Shown here piece by piece: positions 36,143-48,830 of a stretch of 64,000 bases of DNA. Position 1 is the stretch's first letter. Every line of letters starts with the position of its first letter. The position numbers and the translations under genes were made by a program. The notes beneath the pieces are model-generated. The model saw only the letters and a program-made list of their open reading frames with translations, made no database searches and was not told the origin of the DNA. This DNA comes from Leucoraja ocellata (lineage: Eukaryota), in NCBI GenBank assembly GCA_036785375.1, contig JAWMAR010000025.1:5146001-5210000 (forward strand). The letters are read 5' to 3'.

Positions 36143-38247
36143 GCACACACACACTCGCACATATTCTCACTCATCCACAACTTTAGAAATTGTGTTCTTG
36201 GCTCCAGAGTTTAAACCATCAGTGTAGATTGTGAATAGCACTGATCACAGTGGCATTCTCTGCTTTCTGTCTTAAAACAGCCAGTACAGCAATCCGGTTT
36301 GCTCTTTTATTTTCCCTTGAATTGTCTGGTGTTCAGCAATCCATTTTGTGGGTCCTTTCTAGAGGACTTCCAAGGTCTAGTATTAAATCATCAATGTCAG
36401 TACGCTCTCCCTGTTATCTATTCGATAATTAACAAAGATTAGTCAAGCAAGATATTTCCCTTTAATGTCCCTGCTGACTTCATTACAATTCTTTTGTTTC
36501 TTGATATTCATCTCTCTTTAGTGGGGAATCTATTATTTTTCCAAACACTGGCTCTGTAATGTCCTGGGCCTGTTCCAACTGTCTTCTTCTGCCAATGGTT
36601 CAATGGTGCTTTATTGTCACTTGTTTCTCGAGTCCAACACACGCGCTAAGCCTCGGGCTTCTGCAGGGCCTTTGTCTGGATTGTTCAATGAACTGACCGT
36701 CCTCTCCTCGATCGGGCACCTTTGTGCCCCGGCGGTGCCTACCACAGTTAACCTTGAGGGCGGGTCACTTCTCACTGACCGACCTTGTTCCTCGTGGCCG
36801 TTTTCGCCGGCTCCCCTCTCTTTGGTTCTCCGGCCTTCATGGGACGAGCAGGGGCCGGGCTCCCCACCCCCCCCCCCCCCCTTACAGGCCACAGCCCACC
36901 CAGCCTCTCTGCGTCTGGCCTCTCTGCGTCTGGGTTCCCGGTTCCATGGTGGACGAGCCTGACTGCTGCCTGGTATGGCAGCGGTTCACCGGGATCCTTC
37001 TCGTCCAGATTTACCGAAGCTGTCTACATTCTGTGGCACGCGCTTTTTCCTGGTGATTTATTATTATATTTATATTTGGAAAGACAGCAAGAGGAAGGTC
37101 GCGTACAAGATGAGTAGGCGGAATGCGCAGGAAGGAACTGCAGATGCCGGTTTACACCGAAGATAGACACAAAATGCTGGAGTGCTGCCTGTCCTGCTGA
37201 GTTACTCTAGCATTTTGTGTCTATCTTCGGATAAGTAGGCGGATTGATTTGGTTGTATATAGTGACATTTTATTTGTTGTGCATCCTATGCAATATATGT
37301 GCACAGTGGGCTCAACAACAGAAGGTAGAATGAATACAACATAACTCTTTAGTGATGTTGTTGAGGGCTAAATATTGACTGCGGACCACTGAGGAAAACT
37401 TCCTTTCTCGTCTTAAATAGTGGCATTGAATCCTGACGCCCTGCAGGGGGGGATGAATGTGAGGATGAGAATTTTCAAACGGAGGCATTGATCGATTTTG
37501 CAGGCTTGAACACTTGTGGTAGAACAGTTGGTTTCTGCAGTAGGGCAGTGTTCTTCCAGAAAGCTGAGTTCTTCTGGATTGAATTCCCTTGATTACCTAG
37601 ACTTCATGAAAGTAGTTTCCCTTTTAAGAAGTGGGAGGGTGACTAAAGGAGTTTGGAGTTGTCTCTATTCCTGCTGATTCTAGTGGAATTTAGTGACATT
37701 ACTTCTAAGATACTTAAATTTAATCCCAAAGAGTTGAAGCGCCTGCTCTTTGAGTCTGGAAAAGTTGAGGAATAGTAATTTTCCACTCATTTGCATGTGA
37801 CTCTTTGAAGAAACTACCCATGTCAGACACTTTCCTGAGATTTCTATTTCAATTTTAAAACTGTTTCTGTTTGAACAGTTATTTTAAATTTCCTTTTAAA
37901 TCTGTTGTCATCAGATTTTCAGGCTATATCATTGCATCTCGTTGCTTTTTCTTAAATCAAACGAAATGTCTCCATTTTTTTAGCCAAAAAACTGATTGCG
38001 ATTTGATGCTGTTTCTCCTTCTTTCCTCGCAAATCTTCAACATCTCCAACAAATGTCCCGTCAGCATTTTCAATTCCCAAGATAACTGTTCCACTTCTCC
38101 ATTTCTTCACATTATTGCAGTCGTCTAAAACGTTGGTACGGTCACATTTGTGGTATTGTGTGCCAGTTCTCGTTGCTTCATTACAGCAGGAAGACTGTGG
38201 AGGCTTTGGAGAGGGTGATGAGGTTTACCAGAATGCTGCCGAGATTA

Positions 38248-38810
38248 GTCAAGTCAAGAGTGTTTTATTGTCATATGTCCCAGACGGGACAATGAAATTC
38301 TTACTTGCTGCAGCACAACAGAATATGTGAATATGTACACATTGTGTATAAAGGGAGTTCAATAAATAAATAACAAATATAGTGCAAATGACATATAATA
38401 ATATAGTCTTTTGCAGTTCAGAGCTCATAAGCTTATTCGTTGTGTTTAATAGCCTGATGGCTGTGGGGAAGAAGCTGTTCCTGAATCTGGATGTTACCGT
38501 TTTCAGGCTCCTGCACCTTCTTCCTGATGGCAGTGGTGAGATACATGTGTGGCCAGGATGGTGTGGGTCCTTGATGATGTTGGCTGCCTTTTTGAGGCAG
38601 CGACTACGATAGATCCCTTCGGCGGTGGGGAGGTCAAAGCCGGTGATGGACTGGGCAGTGGTCACAACTTTTTGTAATCTTTTTTCGCTCCTGGACGTTC
38701 AAGTTGCCGAACCAGGCCACGATGCAACCAGTCAGAATGCTCTCTACCGTGCACCTGTAGAAGTTTAGGAGAATCCTCTTCAATATGCCGAGTCGCTGTA
38801 ATCTTAGCTA
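38248..38810 (-). mobile_element. Rex1/Babar-clade LINE 3' fragment
   Basis: TAQSITG.DLPT.EGIYRSRCLKKAANIIKDPHHPGH..LPSGRR; (CTTGA)n tail. Confidence 0.85.
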
Positions 38811-39716
38811 GAAGGTATTAGCTATAAAAATACGTTGGACAAACTTGGATTGTTTTGTCTGGAGCGTTGGAGTTTGAGTCGAGTCCTGATAGAAGTTGAT
38901 AAAATTATCAGAAACTTAGATAATGGTCATATAACAGAGAGAGTCATTGTCTTTTTCCCAGGATGGAGATTTCAAATACTACACCACAAAACTATAAGAT
39001 GAGACGGAGAAAGTTTAAAGAAAAGAGAAGTTCCTTGCAAAGTGCTTGGGACACATTGCTGGGGGGGGGGGGGGGGGGCAGTTATAATCAATGCATTTAA
39101 GAGGAATTTGGGCATATAAACATGTTGGGAGTGGAAGATAGACACAAAATGCTGGAGTAACTCAGCGGGACAGGCAGTAATGGAAGATATGGATCACGAG
39201 CAGGCAGAAAGGATTAGTTTAATTTAGCATTATTTTCAGCAGACATTGTCGACCGTAAGGGCTTGTTCCTGTGTTCTGCTGCTCTATATTCGAAGTGAAG
39301 TCGTTCATCCCTGCTTTGATGCATCAGTCATATTAGACATTTAGTGGCGAGTTGATTGAATATGTGGTGGTGGTTTATGAACATGGCAACTGGTGACTTT
39401 GCATCTGCTGACCATGCAGTGATAAGGAATTGATTAGGATTGTTATCTTTTGTTGCAAGGGGAACTGAAGGCAAAAGTAGTGCTGTTTATTAGTGAAACC
39501 ACGTCTGGTGTGCTGTGTTAAGTGTAATGCTCCGTTATGGAGAGAAGGCAGGTACAGGATACTGAGTTGGATGATCAGCCATGATCATATTGAATGGCGG
39601 TACAGGCTCGAAGGGCCGAATGGCCTCCTCCTGCACCTATTTTCTATGTTTATTTATGCTAAGGATATTAACAGTTTGGAAACGGTATAAAGATGTTTTA
39701 CAAGGTTTGATGCTGC

Positions 39717-40398
39717 CTTCTTCTTCTTGCGTATGTCATGCACAGCCGAAAGTTGGAGATCAAGGGCAGACATCCAGGCCAGGACAGAATCAGTTACTGG
39801 GCTTAGATGCCCCTAGGGAAAAGCCTCAGTGAGCAGTCATTCACGATGTGTGGGATGGCCTGGTCTGGATGTCCGCAGTCATAAGCAGGGCTTTCTGTCA
39901 TCCCCCACTTATGCAGGTGATGGGCTGTTCTTGCATGGAGGGTGCGGATTCTGTTCGGCGTCAGCCATTGCTTGCGATGGAGGTCAAAGCCCAGTGGTTT
40001 CACAGTGGGATCTGTGATGCCCTCTCCGTTGTTGGTGTTGGCATCTTTCCAGGCTCTGCGCCACTCAGTCTTGGAGTCAAAGTCTTCCAGGGATTTAACG
40101 GAAGACCACAAGGGTTTGCGGGACTTCAGGCGCACGTTGGGCAGATTGTTCAAGTCAGCGTGGATGAGAAGGCCAGGGTTATTCTCGATGATGCACCAAC
40201 CTTTCAACATCCTCTCCCTTCTGCGTATGCTGGGAGGGGCGATATGAGAGAGGACAGGGAGCCACTGCAAAGGTGTTGACTTTAGCGTCCCTGTGATGAC
40301 CCACTTGCAGAGTCAAGGACAGTGTCAACTCGGTTGGTGTGGCAGCTATTAGCCCGGCTGTTGAGTAGACTAGGGCTAAGCTTGCCTTACCGAGGGTA
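39717..40398 (-). mobile_element. Vingi/Ingi-like non-LTR retrotransposon 3' fragment
   Basis: LALVYSTA..WLPVLSHIAPP.IRR..RLKSRKP..GFDL.R..W...NRIRT..KWG..SP..DCG..Q...HIV.DC (degenerate CCHC finger) and CATACGC(AAG)n tail. Confidence 0.65.
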
Positions 40399-41008
40399 AG
40401 AAACATAGAAAATAGGTGCAGGAGTAGGCCATTTGGCCCCTCGAGCCTGCACCGCCATTCAATATGATCATGGCTGATCATCCAACTCAGTATCCTGTAC
40501 GTGTCTTCTCTCCATATCCCCTGATCCCTTTAGGCACAAGGGCCACACCTAACTCCCTCTTAAATAAAGCCAATGAACTGGCCTCAACTAGCTTCTGTGG
40601 CAGAGAATTCCACAAATTCACCACTCTCTGTGTGAAAAATGTTTTTCTCATCTCGGTCCTAAAAGACTTCCCCTTTATCCTTAAACTGTGACCCCTAGTT
40701 CTGGACTTCCCCAACATCGGGAACAATCTTCCTGCATCTAGCCTGTCCAACCCCTTAAGAATTTTGTAAGTTTCTATAAGATCCTCCTCAATCTTCTAAA
40801 TTCTAGTGAGCATAAGCTGACTCTATCCAGTCTTTCTTCATATGAAAGTCCTGCCATCCCAGGAATCAGTCTGGTGAACCTTCTCTGTACTCCCTCTATG
40901 GCAAGAATGTATTTCCTCAGATTAGGAGACCAAAACGGTACACAATACTCCAGTTGTGGTCTCACCAAGGCCGTGTACAACTGCAGTAGAACCTCCCTGC
41001 TCCTATAC
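40399..41008 (-). mobile_element. Young CR1 LINE 3' fragment
   Basis: YTALVRPQLEYCVPFWSPNLRK..; frameshifted. Confidence 0.92.
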
Positions 41009-41838
41009 TATAAGTGCATTGAATCCCCAGCTGTTGCCTGGAATGGCTGGATGTCTTGTGTAAAAGTTGGCACATGCTAGGTTTTATTTCGGGACCCTTC
41101 TTCAGACTGGTCCCTTTCCCCTGACTCTCAGTCTGAAGGTGGGTCTCGACCCTAAACGTCCCCTATTCTTCTTCCCCAGAGCTGCTGTCTGACCCGCTGA
41201 GTTACTCCAGCTTTTTGTGGCTATCTTCAGTTTAAACCAGCATCTGCACCTGCAGTACACTATGCTTTTATTTGTTGTTTAGGAATGAACCATATAAGAC
41301 ATCTGGGTCTTAACAGGATGGATGCAGAAAGGATGTATCACCTGGGACAATGTAGAATTGGGGTCAATTAACATGCATATAAAACAGAAGCGAGCATTTT
41401 TCTCTGGGGGTCTTGATTCTTAGCAACTTTTCCTCAAAGGGTGATGGTAGCAGAGTTTTTTTAATCTTTTTAGGTCAGAATTACATGGTTGCTTGATTAA
41501 TAATGGAATCAATAGTTATTGGGGATTGACAGATGTGTAGGGACTGATAATCTATCAACGATGACGTTAGCATCATTGGGTGGTGTAGCACAGAAATGGA
41601 TACTTTGGCACAATGCCTCCATGCCAAGCAAGATCTTTTGTTGTGTGGTAACTAGTCAGCTGAAAGACAATACATGATTACAATCACATCATCCACAGTG
41701 TATGGATACATGATAAAGGGAATAATGTTTAGTACGATATAAAGTTGAGTAGAGTCTTCTATTAATGCATTTGTCCAAAATGTCTTGTAAATGTTGTAAT
41801 TGTAATCTTTCAAACACTCTCTGGCTACTTATTCCATA

Positions 41839-42798
41839 GTGTGGGCGCCATCTTGGGGCTGTCCGTCTTTTTCACTCTTTTCCTTAATTTTTAGTGAGTT
41901 TTGTGTTTTGTTTTTAGGCGGTCTAGACTTTTTTATGTGGGGGGAGGGGGGAACTATTTTCTAGGTCCCTACCTGGTCGGAGAGGCAGCTTTTCTCCGGG
42001 CTGCACCGTTGACCCGTCCTCGCGGCCTACCAGCGGGTTTGGAGCGGCGTTTTCCTGTGGGACCGCCCAGCACCTTCGGCTTCGGTGGCGGCACAGCGCT
42101 GGAACGCTACCGCGGAGCGGGCGATGTCTTGCCTAGGTCGCCGCGCTGGAGCTCCAGTGAGCTGAGACCGCCGAGAATAACATCGCGGAGCTGCGGGTCT
42201 GTGGAGCGGGCAGCTGCGGGTGGCGGCTCTGTCTTTAACATCTGGAGCCTGGGATCTCTCGATGAGATCGCCAGTGGTGGAGCTCCAACCCGTCGCGGCC
42301 TTGTCGGCTTCAGAAGCTGCGGTCTCCGGTAAGGAAGCGGCCGTTCCAGGTGTCCCAAGCCGCTGTGAGGACTCTCCCGACGCCGGAGCAACATCACACG
42401 GCGAGAACGGCCTGGAACATCAGGTCTCCGTAGTGGCAACTGTGGAGGCCTCAATAGGCCCGACTATAGGTGAACTGGGGATGGGGACTGGACATTGTGC
42501 CTTCCCTCATAATGGAAACCATTGTGGGGGGATGTTTCTTATGTTAAAGATTCTTATTGTTCCATTTCCAAGATGGCTGCCGGAAGGGAGAGTGAACGCT
42601 GGCGTGATTAGCTGCCGCTGCTCTCTCTTTGAATTGTGTATTGTTGATGTCTTTACTATTTATTTTTTATTTTTTGTTGTTGTTATTTTTTTGTTTTGTT
42701 TCATTCCGCTTACATGTTTTGTAATCTGTTTACTAAATTTTGTAAGGTGTCCTTGAGAGTCCTTGAAAGGCGCCCATAAGTATAATGTAGTATTATTA
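41839..42798 (+). mobile_element. Complete 960-bp GC-rich non-coding retroelement with L2 tail and 10-bp TSD
   Basis: TSD TTATTCCATA at 41829-41838 and 42799-42808; 3' end TTGTAAGGTGTCCTTGAG..GAAAGGCGCCCATAA..(TAT)n matches the L2 tail at 31.6-31.7 kb. Confidence 0.75.
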
Positions 42799-43070
42799 TT
42801 ATTCCATACAGCCTCCACCCGCTCTGTGGAAAAAGTTGATCCTCTGGTTCCCTTTTAAATCTTTCCCTTCTCACCATAAATATATGCCCCCTAGTTCTTG
42901 ATTCCCAACCTTTGGAAACAAACTGTGTACAATCACCTTATCTATGCCTGGTATAATTTTAGACATATCTGTGAGATCACCCACTGAGTTTCCTAGGCTC
43001 CAAGTAATAAAGTCCCAACCTGCACAATCTATCTCTGCAACTCAATCCCTTGAGTCCTGGCAACATCCTC

Positions 43071-43198
43071 AGTCTGAAGAAGGGTTTCGGCCCGAAACGT
43101 TGCCTATTTCCTTCGCTCCATAGATGTTGCTGCATCCGCTGAGTTTCCCCAGCACTTTTGTCTACCTTCGATTTTCCAGCATCTGCAGTTCCTTCTTG
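43071..43198 (+). ncRNA. Minimal type I hammerhead-like motif at the start of a Penelope-derived repeat
   Basis: CTGAAGA(43074)-A-GGGT-TTCG-GCCC-GAAAC-GTT; has the CUGANGA and GAAA boxes, stem II and the palindromic ACGT. Confidence 0.55.
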
Positions 43199-44981
43199 AG
43201 CAACATCTCATAAATCTTTTCTGCACTCTTTCCAGCTTAATGGCGTCTCTCCTAAAGCATGGTGATCAAAACTGAACGCACAACTCCCAAGTGTGCCCTC
43301 ACCAATGCCTTGTACTGCTGCGACATACAACATCTTTTCAAATGGTAGAGCAGACCTGAGGGTGTGAATGATCTACTCCTCATTTGTGTGTGTGTGTGTG
43401 TGTGTGTAAATATTTTCATAAAATAATACAGAACCTAATCCAATAAAACAAACAATTCCAGCGTGTTCATACTCTGCATAATTTGCTGACATCATCAATG
43501 TGACCTTTCCTGTTCTTATCTAACTTTTCCTTAAATGCATACAATATAAATGTTGCTGTGATACGTATCAGTGCTGAAGCATTGGTTGGGAGGAGGCACG
43601 AGGAACTCAGCGGGTCAGGTAGCATCTCTGGAGAACATGGTTAGGTAACGTTTTGTGTCGGGGACCCTGCTTCAGACAGGCATTGTGATCAGATCAACCA
43701 TATCCTGAGATTTGGAGGGGTAAGTGACGGGTTGGAAGTGGTTCAGTCTTGTATTTTCTTGGAGTGCTCCATGATGATAATTTCCTGGTTGTTTGATGTT
43801 ACTCTTGAAGTCCAGCCTGACATTTTCAGGAGTAACATGTGTGTGGATTGCAATTCATCAAACAGTACTGGCTTTGGGCATTGCTGGACAACATTTATTT
43901 GTAGAGGGTTCATAACTGGGAACAACTGAGCACAACCTGACCTTCCTGGGGAAGGTAGACACAGAATGCTGGAGTAACTCAGCGGGACAGGCAGCACCTC
44001 CAAAGAGAAGGAATGGGTGATGTTTTGGATTGAGACCCTTCTTCAAGACTGAAGGTCCCAATCCTTAATGTTCAGACCTTCAGACTGAAGAAGGGTCTCG
44101 ACCCGAAACATCACCCATTCCTTCTCTCCAGAGATGCTGCCTGCCCCGTTGAGTTACTCTGGCATTATGTGTCTTATCTTCGGTTTAAACCAGCATTTGC
44201 AGTTCCTTCCTGGTGCAGGGCTGGACTTGACCCTTGTAGGGTGAGTCCTTCCTCCCCTGAAATCTGATTGAAGCAGCAAGGTACTGGCTCTTTCCCCGAG
44301 CAACAAGGTTCCAATGCCTTCCTTACCCCCGCTCTTCCCCTCCCCCCCCCCCCCCCCAAACCCACAGCACAGACACAGCTGGCTGCTGGCCAGCATAGAC
44401 AGACCATTCACCCTCCCCAACATGTGCAACACCTATTCATCCACTTCTAAGACCTCTGATATTTACAGTGGGAGCCCAGCGACCAGAATAACTGTTGGAT
44501 GTCCACTGCAGATCTTTTTATCTGTACTGAAAGCACTGGGTCAGGAAGTAATAAACAGTACAGATTGGATAAACCCAGTCAGCAACTTGGTGATGAAAAC
44601 ACAGCTAATCTCAAAACAACGACACATTCACTCAAAGCTGGGATAGATTTCAAAAGCAAAGTCAGCTGTGCAGGAGAATTCGGCATACGGTTTCAAGAGC
44701 CATACAAGGAGGCAGGGCATGTTTGAGAAGGATCGTTTCATTTATTAGGGACCCAGGTTAAAGACACTGACGCCAAAGGGCAAATGAACGGCAACTCTTT
44801 TTAGTGGTGATAGGGTTAGTAACAAGAGGACAAAGAATTAAGGCGACTGGCAAAAGAACAAGAGGCAAAATTTAACATGGACAGTGATTTTGATTTTGAC
44901 TGCAGCACCAAGCAAGGTTGTGGCTGACAATTGGGTGCTGGGTGAACACGTAGTAAAAATTGTCAAGTAAGGAGACTTTAT

Positions 44982-45650
44982 TGTCATGTGTCCCAGATAG
45001 GACAATGAAATTCTTGCTTGCTGCAGCACAACAGAATATTGTAGGCATAAATACAGAACAGATCCGTGTGNNNNNNNNNNNNNNNNNNNNNNNNNNNNNN
45101 NNNNNNNNNNNNNNNNNNNNNNNNNNNNNNNNNNNNNNNNNNNNNNNNNNNNNNNNNNNNNNNNNNNNNNNNNNNNNNNNNNNNNNNNNNNNNNNNNNNN
45201 NNNTTTGTTTGAAGTTGTCTTTAATAGTCTTATGACTGTGCGGAAGCAGCTGTTCCTGAACTTGGATGTTGCAGATTTCAGGCTCCTGTACCTTCTACCT
45301 GATGGCAGCGGAGAGATGAGTGTGTGGAAAGGATGGTGTGGGTCCTTGATAATGCTGGCAGCCTTTTTGAGGCAGCGACTGCGATAGATCCCCTTCGATG
45401 GTAGGGAGGTCAGAGCCAATGATGGACTGGGCAGTGTTTACTACTTTTTGTAGTCTTTTCCGCTCCTGGCCGCTCAAGTTGCCGAACCAAGCCACGATGC
45501 AATCGGCCAGCATGCTCTCTACTGTGCACCTGTAAAAGTTAGAGAGAGTCCTCCTTGACATACCGACTCTCCGTAACCTTCTCAGGAAATAGAGGCGCTG
45601 ATGTGCTTTCTTTATAATTGCATCGGTGTTCTGTTACCAGGAGAGATCTT
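44982..45650 (-). mobile_element. Rex1/Babar-clade LINE 3' fragment spanning the assembly gap
   Basis: SRRTLSNFYRCTVESML..; tail at 44982-45070. Confidence 0.85.
45071..45203. other. Assembly gap (133 N)
   Basis: Run of n. Confidence 1.
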
Positions 45651-48600
45651 TGGAAATTAGCATTGAAGTGAAAGAAAGGGGTGTAAGATTGACTGATTGC
45701 TCCTGTTGGCCAACTGAGACAATGGCTCAGTTGGCCAACAGATTCTGCAACAGTGGGTGGTGGATTTAGGTGGGCATCCAATGGGGGAATGTTGGTCGTA
45801 CAGTTATACGCACCATGTGTGATGTGGGATTTTTTTGTTGCAAATACAGACAGGATTCCATCAGAGGTCTCACCTTCCTTTTAATAAACATGGGAAGAAT
45901 GAGGGTATGGGGGCATTGTTATTGTTTTAACCGCCTGTATACTAAGTATTATGTGCTGTAAACAGTCTTGTAACCATGGTAACAAAGATCTTTTTTCCCC
46001 CCCATGATGGATTCTGTATTGTATGGCCCTTAATAGACTGAGACACGGTGCAAATACACAAGCGGAGAATGTGGGAAAAAATACACAGAAGCATAATAGA
46101 CTTTGCATCTATATTGCGCTCACATTCAATGAATAACTTGCCAGCACTGATTACGTGGAGGGATTAATTAAAAACTGAGAATGATGGAACTGGCCAAGGG
46201 AAGCATTGATGGAAGGGAAACGAGAGTTAATGTTTCAGGCCTTCCACAGATACTGACAGTTTGCAGCTATGATTTCATATTTCCAGCAGCGTTAGTTTTT
46301 TGATTTCCAGATACTTACTGGGGTTGACTGGGTTTAGAAAAATGGTGGATTTTTGTTTGTACTCTGTTCCCTCTCGTCCCGGCACACCATGAAATAATCT
46401 GCTTGTTTGACCAAATGCCCAATAGACCGGCAGGTCATTGCACCATGCTGTGCTTCTAGTGTTGATTTGCTCGATGAGTGGATTTCAGGACTGGTTCAAA
46501 CTAGGCCAAGGTTCGTGCTCTACCTATTTTTGCTGAGCACCGTTAGTCTCATTTATTTTATTGATTCAATGGATGTGGGCTTCTGGCATTTAGTTGCCCA
46601 TCCCTTGTTGCTGTTAGTCAGAGCATGAAAGCAGGCCCAACTTGTCCACGCTGACCAAGATGCCCCATCTACCTGCCTGCGTTTGGCCAATATCTTTCGA
46701 AAATATATCCCTGTCGAAATATCATTTAAATGGTGCTATAGTACCTGCTTCAAATACCTCCTCTGGCAGCTCCTTCCAGATACACACCACCCTGTGGAAA
46801 AATCTGTCCGCCCAGTTTCTATTAGTTCTTCCCTCTCTCACCTTAAACCGATATCCCTTGGTTCCCGATTCCCCTACTCTGGGTAAAAGACTGTGCATTA
46901 ATTTTATCACACTATTCCTATAGCAGGGTGACCAAAACTGAACACAATACTCCAAATGCAGCCTCACCAATGTGTCCTTATTATCGAGTCCACACACAAG
47001 ACTAGAAACATAGAAATTAAGTGCAGGCGTAGGCCATTCGGCCCTTCGAGCCTGCACGGCCATTCAATATGATCATGGCTGATCATCCAACTTCAGCCAG
47101 AGCTGAACACACTTCTCGGCATCTGCATACAATGGTGTCTGTTTGGCGCTTCTAGTGCGTGGTGGTGGAAAGATTGGCGGAAACTGGGCCGCGACGTGAA
47201 CGCTCTTTCCACCAATGTGTTGTACAACAATAACAGTGTCACAATCTCCAGCAAAACCTCCATTCCCTGACCTTTGAAGGCCAATATACCGAAAGCATTT
47301 TTGACCATCCTATCCACTTTCATGGAACTATGTACCTGTTCCTAGTTTCTCCCCTTGCTGTATACCATTCCCCAAGGCGCGACCATTCACTGAAGGCCCT
47401 GCCCTGGCTTGACTCTTCAAAATGCAACACTTTGCACTTATCTGCATTAGCCACTTCTCAGCCCACCTGATCAAGATCCTGCTACAATTTATGATAACGA
47501 TCTTCATTATACACCCAGTTTCATTCCGTGTCATCTGCAAACTTGCTAACCATGCAGTTTACAAGATCGTTGATATAAACCACAGACCGCAATGGGCCGA
47601 GCAGTCACATCACTAGTCACAGGCCTCCTGTCTTAACTAAAACAATCATCCACCATCTCTCCATGAAGCCAACTCATTGTATTCTCTTGCACTGCAATGT
47701 GATGTTGCATAAGGAGAACATTGGTTTGAGTGCTCAATTAGCTCGTCAATTGGAGATTAGTAAAGTAGATGAAGTACACTGCCTGAATCTGGAAGCACAC
47801 TTTTGTACCAGTCCAGACATCATTTTGGAAAGTGTATGGCAAAGAAAATTACCACAGCGCTTAATAACTTTCTGGTACTTTCATCTTGAATGGAATGTAC
47901 CATCATTTTTCAAGGATGTACCATCATTTTTAGTTTAGAGATACAGGGTGGAAACAGGCTCCTCAACCCACTGAGTCCGCACCAACTAGCGATCCCTGCA
48001 CAATCACGCATGAGGGACAATTTACAATGGCACCAAGCCAATTAGCCTACAAACCTGTATTTCTTTGGAGTGTGGGAGGAAACCGAAGATCTCGGAGAAA
48101 ACCCACGCGGGTCACGGGGAGAACGTACAAACAGAACCCGTAGTCGGGATCGAACCCGGGTCCCTGGCGCTGTAAGGCAGCAACTCTGAGAGGAGGACAA
48201 TCATTTGGTAAATTGAAGATGAACTTCAGCAAACATCAACCTTGGTAAAAGTCCAGTTTCCCCTGAATTATGCTGTGAACACCGACATCCCTGATCAGAT
48301 ATGTCCCTGTGATTCTCTCGCATGCTACCAGTATCAGTTATCGGGCTTGATAGACCTTGAATGCATTGTGTGTTGTATGGGTGAGGATCTGTTTCAACTA
48401 ATTTTGTTTTCTTAGCTGTCAAGCATGATGATCAAAGGACTGAACTGGATTTAAATGAACTGTAAGAATTAATAATGACCTAAAGATCCAAATGCCCTTC
48501 AGTCAGGGAAGCGAGCAGTGGGGAGATGTTTTGGGGACAGCAGCTGTAGGCAGTAGAATAACTCCTTCTGTTCTGCTGCTGCTGTGTTGAATTTTGTTAG

Positions 48601-48669
48601 AGTTGTCTATTTGGGACCACTCTTGCCCCTCATTCAGAGAGCAGAGCATCTAAAGTTATAGTTGATCCT

Positions 48670-48830
48670 TAACACAGCACCAAAGCAGTGCTGGACTGTC
48701 CGAGGTTCTATCGTTTGGAAAAGCCAATAGTCCAAGGCCGCATCCGTAGCCTCAAATGGACACAAAAGATCCAGTGGCAACTTTTTTTAGAGAAGAACGG
48801 GCGTGTTTGTGGCCAATATTCAACCTTTCG
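48670..48830 (+). mobile_element. Ancient Deu-domain SINE remnant (AmnSINE1/SacSINE1-like)
   Basis: GTGCTGGACTGTCCGAGG..TGGACACAAAAGATCCAGTGGCA..GAAGAA..GGCCAATATTCAACC matches my recollection of the Deu core; similar remnants at ~2400, 6560, 14120, 15090, 37350, 54050. Confidence 0.55.
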
